This document shows, one piece after another, positions 37,038 through 46,826 of a stretch of 64,000 bases of DNA. Both the position numbers and the translations under genes were made by a program. Under the pieces are notes generated by a model. That model saw nothing but the letters and a program-made list of their open reading frames with translations, was not told the origin of the DNA and searched no databases. The DNA is from Dehalococcoidia bacterium (lineage in GTDB: Bacteria; Chloroflexota; Dehalococcoidia; Lucifugimonadales; Australimonadaceae), in contig CBDFHJ010000010.1 of assembly GCA_965247635.1 (NCBI GenBank), positions 261,918-325,917 of the forward strand, in the 5' to 3' direction. Positions within the stretch are counted from its first letter, which is position 1, and every line of letters begins with the position of its first letter.

Positions 37038-39646
37038 AACTGAATCCCATTAGTTGGCTGTTTAACCGATCTACACGCAAGGCCCCTGTGCTTCTGTCGG
37101 TGACGTCGCCAAGGACCGGAGAGCGCACCCTGCTGGGGGTGGAGAACTTCCTCAGGTCCATCGCCATTCCCGAGCCCTTCTCCCTGGAGCTGGCGGGGGA
37201 CATGGACGGCGTGACCCTGATGGCCCGATGCCGGGACAAGGAGGTGGTCCAGAATCAGATATCGATTCACTACCCCCAGGCCCGCATCGCCGAGGTGACC
37301 CCAGAGGAGGAGCCCCTGCGTCTGGAAGAGAATGATGAGGCCTGGGGAATGAGCCTGAGGGTGCAGGGCCCTCCCTATGTTCCCCTGAGGACTTTCCGGG
37401 ACGACGACCTTTTGGACCCCGGCTCAGACCCCATCCTCGCCCTCCTAGGGACGATGGCGTCGCTGCGCCCTGGAGAGCGCATGGTGGCCAGACTGGTGCT
37501 GTCCTCCCTGGGACCCGGCTGGTCTCAGCCCTACCTGGACAAGGCTCTGCCGAAGCCCGTGACCGAGCGAAGGGACGCCTCCTACACCTACCAGACCAAA
37601 CCTCTGCAGACCGACGGCGCACTGATGGCCGTCCTGGGTTTGATAGCCCTGGGGTCCTTGCAGGGCTACTTCTGGATGCAGGGCGGGGAGCTGTGGAAGA
37701 CGGTACTCTTGGGCATCGGAGTAGTCGCCGGGACCGTGGTGGCGGGCTGGGGATGGTGGCGTTGGAAGAAGAGGCGATCCCGCGTCTACGACCCCATACT
37801 AGTCAAGGAGAAGGTCTCCAGCCTGGCCTTCGACTCCCACCTCCAGGTTACTGCCATCCTCCCCAAGAGTGATGGAAAGGAGCGGGCCAAGGCGCTCCTG
37901 GAATCGGTGGCGGCAGCCTACCGCCACTACGACAACCTCGCAGGAGCCCATTTCAAGGTGAGCAAGATCAGGCAGGTGGTTCCCACCGCTTCCTTTCACA
38001 TCCCCGGCCCAGGGCTCTTCGGGTCGAGAACCATATTGGGCGTGAGGGAGGTGGCCTCTCTATGGCACCCGCTCGGGGCCAGGGACGACACCCCCCTGGT
38101 GGCGCGCTCGGGGGCCAAGGTACTCCTGCCTTCCTCCGGGGGAGTGAGGGAGGGAGCCCTCATAGGCCACTCCACCGCAGGGACGGCCCAAAGGGACATT
38201 CGCTTCCCCGAGGACCTGCTGCGCCGCCATCACCTCTACGTGGCAAGGACCCGCATGGGCAAGTCCACCCTCATGCACCACATCGTCTCCCACAAGCTCC
38301 AGCAGAAGGCCGAGGGGAAGGACTCCGACGCCATCGTGGTCATCGATCCCCATGCGGACCTCGTTGAAGGGCTGCTCAACCAGGTGCCAGAATCCCTGGT
38401 TGACCGGGTGCGCCTCATAGACCTGGCAGACGACCGGAACGCTCCCGGCATCAACCTCCTGGACAGCAGGGTCTTCTCCGACAGGGACCGCACCGCCGAC
38501 TCGGTAGTGCGGATAGCCAAGGGGTTGTGGGAGCAGTGGGGACCGAGGATGCAGTCCATTCTGGAGCAAACGGTGAAGAGCCTTCACGAGGCCAACGAGC
38601 ACCCTTCAACCGACGCCTCCGAGCAGTACACTATCCTGGACGGGCTGAAACTCCTTTCGGACGACAAGTTCAGAAGCAGGGTCTTGGCCAAGGTCAGCGA
38701 CCCCTACCTGCTGGAGTGGTGGGGCCGGGACTTCCGTAGCTGGCACCGCCAGTACAAGGCCGATGCCCTGGCCCCCGTACAGACCCGGTTGTCCTACTAC
38801 GCCTCATCCAAGAAAGCCAGGGCCATCCTGGGACAGTCCCGCTCCACCATCGACATGCGCCGAGTGATCCAAGATGGTGGGGTGCTCCTGGTCTCCACCT
38901 CCCAGGGGACGGCTGGCAGGGACGTATCGGCCCTGGTGGGAGCCTCCATCCTGAATCTGGTGGACGGCGTGATACGGGAGCAGGGGAGCGTGCCTATAGG
39001 TCAAAGGAGAGGTGTGCTGGTAGTGGTGGATGAGATGCAGTCCATGCCAGGGGTGGACTACGAGGGGATGCTATCAGAGCTGGGGAAGTTCGGGGCTTCA
39101 TTCATCCTGGCAACCCAGAGCCTGGCCAAGCTCTCCGACCTCTCCCGCACCATGCAGGACACCCTGCTGGCCAACATCGGCTGCCTGGCCGTCTTCCAGG
39201 TGGCCGGAGCCGACGCTCGAACCCTGGTGTGGGAGCTGGGCAAGGACCGGGTCTCCGAGGATGACATCACCTCCCTGCCGGTGCACCAGTGCTACGTCCG
39301 AGGCACCGTGGGGGAGGAGCGGATGCCGGCATTCTCAATGAAGGTGCGCAAGCCCGATGAGGGTGAACCCGAGATCGCCGTCCGCATTCGAGCGGCCGCA
39401 TCTTCCTACACCACCCCAGTGAAGGAGACCGTCACCAAAGAGGCGGAGTCGGAGGTGTTGGTGGAGAAGTACAGAGCGGGCATAGAGGCCCTTGAGAAAG
39501 GTGAAGCCCCGAAGTCCGGTAATGGCGCTGCCCCAAAACCAGCCAAGCGGCGCAGGCAGCGCTCCCGTAAGCCCAAGGATGATGTTGGACAGGAAGCGGA
39601 GGCCACCGAAGAGAACGTCTCTCCTAGTGTCGAGGAAGGGCAATGA
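37034..39646 (+). CDS. Membrane-anchored coupling-protein-like (TraD/TraG/VirD4, FtsK-HerA superfamily) ATPase
   Basis: 870-aa ORF with two central TM helices (LMAVLGLIALGSL.., TVLLGIGVVAGTVVAGWGWW). Walker A is ARTRMGKST and Walker B is VLVVVDEMQ, followed by a GASFILATQSLAKL motif as in TraG-D_C domains. Confidence 0.75.
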   Translation: MKLNPISWLFNRSTRKAPVLLSVTSPRTGERTLLGVENFLRSIAIPEPFSLELAGDMDGVTLMARCRDKEVVQNQISIHYPQARIAEVTPEEEPLRLEENDEAWGMSLRVQGPPYVPLRTFRDDDLLDPGSDPILALLGTMASLRPGERMVARLVLSSLGPGWSQPYLDKALPKPVTERRDASYTYQTKPLQTDGALMAVLGLIALGSLQGYFWMQGGELWKTVLLGIGVVAGTVVAGWGWWRWKKRRSRVYDPILVKEKVSSLAFDSHLQVTAILPKSDGKERAKALLESVAAAYRHYDNLAGAHFKVSKIRQVVPTASFHIPGPGLFGSRTILGVREVASLWHPLGARDDTPLVARSGAKVLLPSSGGVREGALIGHSTAGTAQRDIRFPEDLLRRHHLYVARTRMGKSTLMHHIVSHKLQQKAEGKDSDAIVVIDPHADLVEGLLNQVPESLVDRVRLIDLADDRNAPGINLLDSRVFSDRDRTADSVVRIAKGLWEQWGPRMQSILEQTVKSLHEANEHPSTDASEQYTILDGLKLLSDDKFRSRVLAKVSDPYLLEWWGRDFRSWHRQYKADALAPVQTRLSYYASSKKARAILGQSRSTIDMRRVIQDGGVLLVSTSQGTAGRDVSALVGASILNLVDGVIREQGSVPIGQRRGVLVVVDEMQSMPGVDYEGMLSELGKFGASFILATQSLAKLSDLSRTMQDTLLANIGCLAVFQVAGADARTLVWELGKDRVSEDDITSLPVHQCYVRGTVGEERMPAFSMKVRKPDEGEPEIAVRIRAAASSYTTPVKETVTKEAESEVLVEKYRAGIEALEKGEAPKSGNGAAPKPAKRRRQRSRKPKDDVGQEAEATEENVSPSVEEGQ

Positions 39647-41295
39647 CAGGAAAGGATTGCTATTTGGACACCCTGCGGTGCCTGGCCTCCATGCCCTTCC
39701 TTGACCGTCTGGAGTTGGCGGCCCTATCCGGCGGGGCTGACCGCACCACCTACAACGCCGTAGCCGACCTGGAGCGTCGGCGGTTGGCAGCTTCCCTTCC
39801 CCATGCTACAGACCTACTGAGGACGACGCAGCGATTCTATGTCACCGCAGCAGGGCTTCGGTACCTGGCATCGGCGGATGGTATGAGCCTGGACCGGTTG
39901 CTTCACGTCTATCCCGTCTCCGCCCAGTGGCGGCGCATCCTGCTGGAAAGGCTGGACGCGGTAGCGGTGGTCTACCGGCTGGCAGCGACAACCGCTGATG
40001 AGGAAGATGACATAGCCTTTAGATGGTATCGAACAGGGCCGCTGGATGCCGCCATGTCCCTGCCTGGTGGTCGGACTATTGGGATCGTGAGGCAGGGAGC
40101 CACTGCTGACAGGACAGCCTTCGCCAAGAGGCTCTGGAAGCTGCGGGAGGGGCCTCTGCCCGGGGCCGTCCTTCTATTAGCTCCCGACGCCGTGCGTCTT
40201 CACCACGCCCGGAGGTTGCTTGCCGGACTCCCCACGGCGGCCTTTCTAGCCCAAGAGGAGGATGCGGCCCTGGCCGGTTGCGACGATCCCGTATGGCATC
40301 CCCCGTCCATCTCCGCCTCCCTCGACCTCCGCTACATCCTGTCACGCATGAGTCAAGGCGGCACCCTTCCGGAGGACTCTGAGCTCTCACGAGTGACCCT
40401 CCCCAAGGACATCGCCGTGGATGGCGAAGGAGGGGCTGTCCCCGGCCACCTGCTACCCGCCCTGCTAAAGCCCGCCGAGAAGCGCACCTTGGACATTCTC
40501 TCCGACTGGCCCTGGATCACTTCGGTAGATCTGTGTCAGTTGCTGGGCTTCTCTAAAGCTCGGCTGTCCCAGGTCGTGGTTCCCTTGGAAAGGGCTGGGC
40601 TAGTACGGAGACCCTTTGCCGAGGGACGCCGCCTTGCCTTGACCGATAGCGCCATCGACCTCCTGGCCCGCAGGGACCGCGCCGCCGTGGGAGCGGCCAG
40701 GAAGCGCTGGAGTACTACGGGCCTCGACTCACAGGCTCCCACGGACTGGCGTAGGGTTTCGGGAAGGCGAAGCCGCCAGCTCCTCAGGAACATCGATCAC
40801 ACCGACGCCGTGCACGGGTTCGTGGCGACGCTGGCCGAGCAAGCCAGGTCTCAAGGTTGGGAAGTGGCGCAGCTGGACCCCCCTGGACGGGCAGCTAGGT
40901 ACTTCAGGTATGGTGACAAGCTGCGTTCCATTCACCCCGACGCATTCGGAATCCTGCGCAAGAGCGACTATACGTGGCCCTTCTTCCTGGAATGGGAGCG
41001 CCGGGCGGTGCGCCCGGTGACCATGGCGGCACGGCTAGCTCCCTATCTTCGTTACTACTCGTCACACCGGCCCACCGACGACCACGGCACGCAGCCCATC
41101 GTCCTCGTGGTCTTCCACAACGACCTGGCAGAGACCCACTTCCTACGGGTGGCCAGGAAGGAGATGGAGCACGCCAGGGTCAGGGTGCCGCTTTGGGTAT
41201 CCCACAGGAGGTACTTGGAGGAGTTGGGACCTTTGGGACGGGCTTGGCGCACACCCGATAGCTGGGAGCCTACCTATGCTCTTGGGGGAGGGTGA
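39643..41295 (+). CDS. Replication-relaxation (Replic_Relax) family protein, unusually long (550 aa)
   Basis: ATGA overlap with the ATPase gene. Has a MarR-like wHTH (ITSVDLCQLLGFSKARLSQVVVPLERAGLVRR) and an HPDAFGIL..FFLEWERRAV motif typical of the family. A second wHTH-like segment lies near the N-terminus. Confidence 0.6.
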   Translation: MTGKDCYLDTLRCLASMPFLDRLELAALSGGADRTTYNAVADLERRRLAASLPHATDLLRTTQRFYVTAAGLRYLASADGMSLDRLLHVYPVSAQWRRILLERLDAVAVVYRLAATTADEEDDIAFRWYRTGPLDAAMSLPGGRTIGIVRQGATADRTAFAKRLWKLREGPLPGAVLLLAPDAVRLHHARRLLAGLPTAAFLAQEEDAALAGCDDPVWHPPSISASLDLRYILSRMSQGGTLPEDSELSRVTLPKDIAVDGEGGAVPGHLLPALLKPAEKRTLDILSDWPWITSVDLCQLLGFSKARLSQVVVPLERAGLVRRPFAEGRRLALTDSAIDLLARRDRAAVGAARKRWSTTGLDSQAPTDWRRVSGRRSRQLLRNIDHTDAVHGFVATLAEQARSQGWEVAQLDPPGRAARYFRYGDKLRSIHPDAFGILRKSDYTWPFFLEWERRAVRPVTMAARLAPYLRYYSSHRPTDDHGTQPIVLVVFHNDLAETHFLRVARKEMEHARVRVPLWVSHRRYLEELGPLGRAWRTPDSWEPTYALGGG

Positions 41296-41351
41296 AGAGA
41301 GTCACCAAACGGGTTGGTCATCTGGATCATCTTCCCCAATCATGGCAAATA

Positions 41352-41360
41352 TGGTATGAT
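41352..41360 (+). promoter_or_regulatory. Extended -10 promoter element TGgTATGAT upstream of vapBC
   Basis: Sequence only. It lies about 30 nt upstream of the vapB start. Confidence 0.35.
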
Positions 41361-41392
41361 GTACTAAACATGGAATTCATATGAGGTTAGGC

Positions 41393-41608
41393 ATGAGAAT
41401 ATCCGAAAGAGGGCAGATCACCATCCCCAAGAGACTGAGAGATCGCTTTGGTATGAATCAAGATGTCGAGGTGGAGATCACGCCAACCGAGGATGGACTA
41501 CTCATCCAGAAGCGGGCAGCATCCAAGCATCCCGTGGAGAGGGTCAGTGGGATCCTCGACGGGGCTGTCGATGTAGACCAATACATAGAAGAGACCAGGG
41601 GAAGGTGA
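41393..41608 (+). CDS. vapB: AbrB/SpoVT-fold antitoxin (VapB type)
   Basis: MRISERGQITIPKRLRDRFG.. with a GAGG SD upstream. An alternative ATG is at 41381. Overlaps vapC as GTGA. Confidence 0.8.
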   Translation: MRISERGQITIPKRLRDRFGMNQDVEVEITPTEDGLLIQKRAASKHPVERVSGILDGAVDVDQYIEETRGR

Positions 41609-42000
41609 TTACTTCAGTCGATACCAACGTCCTGCTGGACGTATTCATATCCGATGCGCCGCACCACTCCCAATCGCAGGAGTGGCTTACGCACGCCTAC
41701 GATAGAGGAGCTATCCTCGTCTGCGATGTGGTCTATGCAGAGCTGGTTCCGGCCTTCGGTGACCGCTCCTCTTTGGATGGAGCGCTGCGGGAGATCAACG
41801 CAACGATTTCGCCCATTGACACCGATATCGCATATGAAGCTGGACTCCGGTGGTTGCAATATCGACAGGCTGGTGGGCCGAGAGGCCGGATCATCTCCGA
41901 CTTCCTGATAGGTGCCCATGCGTCTGCCAATGCCGACACCTTTCTGACCAGGGATCGTGGCTTCTACGCCACCTACTTCCCAGAGTTGCAAAAACCTTAG
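41605..42000 (+). CDS. vapC: PIN-domain toxin (VapC type)
   Basis: 131-aa ORF with ITSVDTNVLLDVF N-terminal acidic motif and size typical of the PIN fold. Confidence 0.8.
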   Translation: MITSVDTNVLLDVFISDAPHHSQSQEWLTHAYDRGAILVCDVVYAELVPAFGDRSSLDGALREINATISPIDTDIAYEAGLRWLQYRQAGGPRGRIISDFLIGAHASANADTFLTRDRGFYATYFPELQKP

Positions 42001-42019
42001 CCATCAGGAGAACTCAATC

Positions 42020-43681
42020 ATGAAACATAAACAAGCCCTCACACCAGCAGCCCTCTACGCCAGGGTGTCCAGTGACCGGCAGGACGTGGACCTCTCGATA
42101 GCCGCCCAACTCCGGGCGCTCAGGAACTACGCCCAGGCCAATGGCTACATTGTTGCACGAGAATACGTCGACGAGGCCGAGAGCGGGCGCGTCGCCGACC
42201 GGCCCCAGTTCCGCATGATGATAGAGGAGGGGAGCAAGCCCAATGCCCCCTTCCAAGAGATTCTAGTGTGGAAGTTCTCCCGGTTCACCCGCAAGCGGGA
42301 GCATGCTGTGGCCTTCAAGTCCATGCTGCGTAGGAAGGGTGTCAGGGTAGTCTCCATCACCGAGCACGCCGACGACTCCCCTACTGGCAAGCTCATGGAA
42401 GCCATCATCGAGAGCGTGGACGAATTTTACTCGGAAAATCTTGCCCAGGAGGTCACACGGGGTATGCGGGAGGCCGCGTCACGGGGCTTCTTCCTGGGTT
42501 CCAAGGCTCCCTTCGGATACAAGCGGGTCAAAGTATCCGACGGGGCAAAGGAGCGTCCTACGTTGAAGCTTGACCCCGCCACGGCTCCGATAGTGAGGGA
42601 GGTGTTCGAGAGTTCTCTCATGGGTAACGGCCTGAAGGAGATATGCAAGGAGCTGAACGAGTGGGGCATCACCAATAAGGGATGGCGCTGGCACAAGACC
42701 GGCCTTCACTACCTGCTGACCAACGAAGCCTACACAGGGACTTCGGTCTGGGGCAGAACGACGAAGGGTGACAAGGAGCCCGACCCTGTACGAGTGGAGG
42801 GAGCTTGGGAGGCACTGGTCTCAAGAGACTTGTTCGAGAACGTGCAGCAGGGCCTAAAGGAACGCGCGCCGAAAGTGCAGAGACCGGCCCGCGTGGGGAG
42901 CAAGTTCCTGTTGAGTGGGTTGCTGCTCTGTGGTACCTGCGGCAAGCCCTACATCGGCCAGGGAGCCAAGAGCGGTCAGTACGGCTACTACGTCTGCGGC
43001 ACCCTTCACCGGCAAGGGGCAGGAACCTGCCAAGCCAGCTACCTGAACGCTCCCAAAGTGGAGGGCTTCGTCATCGACAAGATTAAAGAGCGCATCCTCA
43101 CCGACGAGACCATCACTGAGCTGGTAACCATCGTCGCCGAAGAGATAGACGCCATGGCCGGGGAGCTTGACGGAAGACTCGGGGCTGTCGAGGCCGAGCT
43201 TGGAGATGTTGAGAGCAGGCTGGGGAACTTATACGAAGCCCTGGAGACCAAGCATCTGACTTTGGAGGCCCTCTCGCCCCGCATTCTGGCCCTGAAGCAT
43301 CGCCAGGACCAGCTCACTGGGGCGAAGGAAGAAGCAGAGAGCCAACTGGAGCAGAGAAGGGTCGATCTACCCGGCACCGAGGAGATCAGAGGTTATGTGG
43401 AGGACCTCCGCACGTGTCTGCAAGAAGGAACGATGCTAGAGCGAAAAGCCCTCATTCGGAACTTCGTGAAGGGCATCGAAATCGTTGGCGACGAAGCTAC
43501 CCTTACCTACACGATACCCATGCCAAGGGATGGGGTGACCAGTGAGGGGGCCTCGGTTCTTGATTTTGTCCAGTCCGGCCCACCAACGTGTACTGAACTG
43601 CGAACTACTGGGCCGTGGAGAGCCACCTCTGCGGCGTCTCCGCCCCCTATCGGGCTGTCCGGCGGCGTGGGTAGGGTGTAG
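42020..43681 (+). CDS. Large serine recombinase
   Basis: ATG at 42020 with an AGGAG SD. Contains ALYARVSSDRQ catalytic motif, a recombinase domain, a zinc ribbon (CGTCGKPY..YYVCG) and a coiled-coil. The longer ORF start at 41957 lies inside vapC and was not used. Confidence 0.85.
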   Translation: MKHKQALTPAALYARVSSDRQDVDLSIAAQLRALRNYAQANGYIVAREYVDEAESGRVADRPQFRMMIEEGSKPNAPFQEILVWKFSRFTRKREHAVAFKSMLRRKGVRVVSITEHADDSPTGKLMEAIIESVDEFYSENLAQEVTRGMREAASRGFFLGSKAPFGYKRVKVSDGAKERPTLKLDPATAPIVREVFESSLMGNGLKEICKELNEWGITNKGWRWHKTGLHYLLTNEAYTGTSVWGRTTKGDKEPDPVRVEGAWEALVSRDLFENVQQGLKERAPKVQRPARVGSKFLLSGLLLCGTCGKPYIGQGAKSGQYGYYVCGTLHRQGAGTCQASYLNAPKVEGFVIDKIKERILTDETITELVTIVAEEIDAMAGELDGRLGAVEAELGDVESRLGNLYEALETKHLTLEALSPRILALKHRQDQLTGAKEEAESQLEQRRVDLPGTEEIRGYVEDLRTCLQEGTMLERKALIRNFVKGIEIVGDEATLTYTIPMPRDGVTSEGASVLDFVQSGPPTCTELRTTGPWRATSAASPPPIGLSGGVGRV

Positions 43682-44966
43682 AAGACCGTCGCCTTTCCTG
43701 GCTTGACCTTGATCTCCTTGACGAAGGACTTGATGAAGGCCCTCGATTCGGTGATTTCGCTGGTCATCAGGAAGTCGCTCATGTCCTCGGCGAAGGCGGC
43801 GATGGTGTCCACGTTGTCCAGCACGGCCCGGCGCTCTGAGAGCAATGCCCTGGCCTCCTCTGCGGCGATCTCCAGCTTCTCCTGACGCTCCCGGTGCTCT
43901 CTGATGCGGGAGGTGGCGTCGGATATGTCGAGTTCCGAGTTCTCGATGACGTGCCACACCCGGTCCAAGCGCCGCCGCACCTCGATAAGCTCCGCTTCGA
44001 TGTTTTCCAGCCTCTCCCGCTGCTCAGCAGCCACTCCGTCCATCTCCTCGTCCATCAGTCTAACCAGGTCCCGGATGTTGCTTTCCGTGAGGATGTTTGC
44101 GCGAATCTGCTCGATCATCAGCTTCTCAAAGCGCTTGGAGTTGAGGCGAGGCGTCTTGCAGGTTCCCTTGCCCTTTTTCAGCAGTGAGTGGCAGACGTAG
44201 TAGCTGTACTTGCCGCTCTTGGCCTCAGCCGCAGTGAGCGCCTTTCCGCACTTCTCACATTTCACCAAGCCGCTGAGGAGGTAGGGGCTGGATGCCCGCC
44301 GGGGGTTGACCCTGGCCGGGGCCTTGGAGCGAAGGGAGCGGGTGATGCGTCGGAACTCCTGCTTGGTGACTATTGCGGGGAATGCGTCCTCCACCCGCAC
44401 CGGTGGCGCTCCGTCCTTGGCATCGACGCCCCAGACCAGCGTTCCTGTATACGCTTCGTTGGAGAGGATGCGGTGCACAGTGGACTTCAACCAGTGCTTG
44501 CCCGTTGGGTGGGGATGCCCTCACCATTCAGCGTCTTGGTGATGTCCAGGGTGCTCTTGCCCTGTAGGGCCATCAGGAAGATGCGCCGGATCACTGATTC
44601 CGCCGGCGGGTCCAGCTCCAGCTTGGGCCGCTTCTTTGCTCCGTCCTGGACCGACACCTTCCTGTACCCGAAGGGAGCGTAGGTGGAGACCCAGAAGCCC
44701 CGTATGGCGGCTTCCCGCATCCCTCGGACGACTTCTTGGGCCAAGTTTTCAGAGTAGAACTCGTCCACGCTCTCGATGATGGCCTCCATGAGCTTGCCGG
44801 TGGGAGAGTCGTCGGCGTGCTCGGTGATAGAGACGACTTTGATACCCCGCTTCCTTAGCATGGACTTGAAAGCCACGGCGTGCTCCCGTTTGCGGGTGAA
44901 CCGTGAGAACTTCCAAACAAGAATCTCATGGAAGGGAGAGTTGGGCTTGCTGGCCTCATCCAGCAT
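43507..44966 (-). pseudogene. Second large serine recombinase, N-terminus removed by IS-A copy 4 and one internal frame break
   Basis: ORFs 44487..44966 and 43507..44490 are paralogous to 42020..43681 but lack the catalytic-Ser region. Its 3' end overlaps the other recombinase gene by 175 bp. Confidence 0.85.
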
Positions 44967-44967
44967 C

Positions 44968-46377
44968 TGTTAGCAACCAGCAAAAGTGGGACACATTGGG
45001 AGCCGAGAGATCAGGGGCTGGATGGAGGTCTGGCGAGCTCCCTGAGGGCCCTGTTGTAGCGTCGTCGCCGTTCGGTGGTTTGAGCCTTCACCTCCTTCCT
45101 GCGTTGTAGGATCTCTTGCCGTCTTCCCTTGAGCACGTCTGATGGTGTCACGTTGCCCAGAGCCTTGTGATAGCGCCGGTAGTTGTAGTAGCTGACGAAG
45201 GCCGCGATAGCAGCCTCAAGGTCGGCGGGCAACTCATAAGGCACCTGGTTGACGTCCCGTTTGATGGTCTGGTGGTAGCGCTCCAGCTTCCCGTTGGTCT
45301 GAGGGTGGAAAGGAGTTGCTAGGATGTGCTTGATGCCAACCATCCCCAGGTAGTCCCTGAATGCTCTTGAGACATAGCCTGGACCGTTGTCACTCAGCAG
45401 CCTGGTGCGGTCTGTGACTGGAACTTGGTCCATGCTGGTCGTGTCCACAGCATCCTGGACCACCTCGATGAAGGAGTCGGCCGTCATATCTTGCTGAAGC
45501 CTGTGAGCCAGGATGAAGCGGGAGTAGTCGTCCATAACGGTGACCAGGTAGTAGTAGCCCCACCCAACCACCCTGAAGTATGAGGCATCGGTGGCCCACA
45601 TCTGGTGAGGTCCTGTGGTCTTGCGGTGGTACTCCTTCCCCGCGGCCAACCGCATCTCAGGCCTCTTCACTAGGCCCTCCCTGCCCAGGATACGGTAGAC
45701 GCTGGACTCTGAGACTGAGAAGCCCTGGTTGTCGGTGATCCCCGCGGCCAGCTGACGGCAGCTCAGCTCTGGCATCTCCCTGGCTGATAACAGGACTGAG
45801 CGTTCTTCCTGAATAGTAAGACGGTTCCATGGTGGCTGATCGCCTCCTGGTCGGTCCTCAAGTCCTTGTTGGTCTTGGCGTCCTGGGGCATGGGGATGGC
45901 CGTTTCTTTGAGACGGTACGCCTCCAGCGACAGATCGGCCACTAGCTCCTTGAGTTCCCCGTTCTCTCGCTTGAGTTGCCCTACCTCATGCTGAGTGGCG
46001 TCCCGAACCGAGTCACGGGTCAACCTCTCCTTGCCCGCCTCCATGAACTCTTTGGTCCACGAGTAGTAGGGGTGGGGCTTGATCCCCTCCCGCCGGCACA
46101 GGTCGTTGACTGTGACCTCGCGGCGGAAGCCCTCCAGAACAATTCGGATCTTCTCTTCGGGGGTGTACTTACGTCGGGCAGCCGCCTTCACTGTGCGGAC
46201 GAAAGACCTGGTCTGCTCGCTTCGTTCCTCGGCGGCCTCTGCTTTGCTTACTTCTAATTGGGACACATCTGCTCCTTTCTGTGGGTAGCTCTACCCTCAT
46301 TTCAGGAGCTCACACCACCCTCCGACTCTCGGGTTTTCCTACCCTTATATGTGTCCCATTATCGCTGACGGTCTACA
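44968..46377 (-). mobile_element. IS-A copy 4 with 135-bp internal deletion fusing orfA to out-of-frame orfB sequence
   Basis: Both terminal repeats are present. The deletion lies between two GACGCCA direct repeats. OrfB (45011..45775) lacks its N-terminal 74 codons. Confidence 0.9.
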
Positions 46378-46397
46378 GTCGCTGATCGCAGAAACCA

Positions 46398-46435
46398 CAG
46401 GGGCAGCCATCGTTTGAAGACGGTAGCTGCCCCTG
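46398..46435 (+). terminator. 10-bp-stem hairpin (orphan terminator-like), T run 20 nt downstream
   Basis: CAGGGGCAGC..18 nt..GCTGCCCCTG, followed later by gggcttttttcg. No intact gene lies upstream. Confidence 0.25.
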
Positions 46436-46826
46436 CCTATCCATATGTGTGGGCTTTTTTCGTTGCACGAAAACCCCGCATAATGAATCCAGGAACCGAT
46501 CACAGATGTGCCACCATTTACTCAATTGAAAAGCAAGAAACTTCATTGACAGAAATGCCGGAAAGTCGGATGATCCAATGGGATGTACCGTTTCTTCATC
46601 TAGGAACGAGAGTTCTCCCTGTCAACTCTCTTCAGTAACCTTTGGTGACAGCGTTGCAGGCAGCGGCACACCCGCTGACCCGCTCTCCGGACTGGCCAAA
46701 GTCAGCGAGCCGACAGTAGGCTCCTCCGAGAGTCCCTGTCCCTTGCCGGCTCTGCTTCATCCCGCCGTAGAATCCTAGCGTCGAGGGTCCGGTGGGCGAT
46801 TAGACTTGCGTGCGAAAGGAAGATAC

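Noticed and set aside
41957-42019. Longer start for the serine recombinase (ORF track start 41957).
   Set aside because: That extension lies inside vapC in another frame. The ATG at 42020 has an AGGAG SD and gives the usual spacing to the YARVSS catalytic motif.
26517-44966. tRNA-Val as the attachment site of a classic tyrosine-integrase genomic island reaching the recombinases.
   Set aside because: No tyrosine integrase is present. I could not find by eye a direct repeat of the tRNA 3' end further downstream, and the recombinases here are serine-type. A computational search for the 3' 20-50 nt of the tRNA would be needed to exclude it fully.
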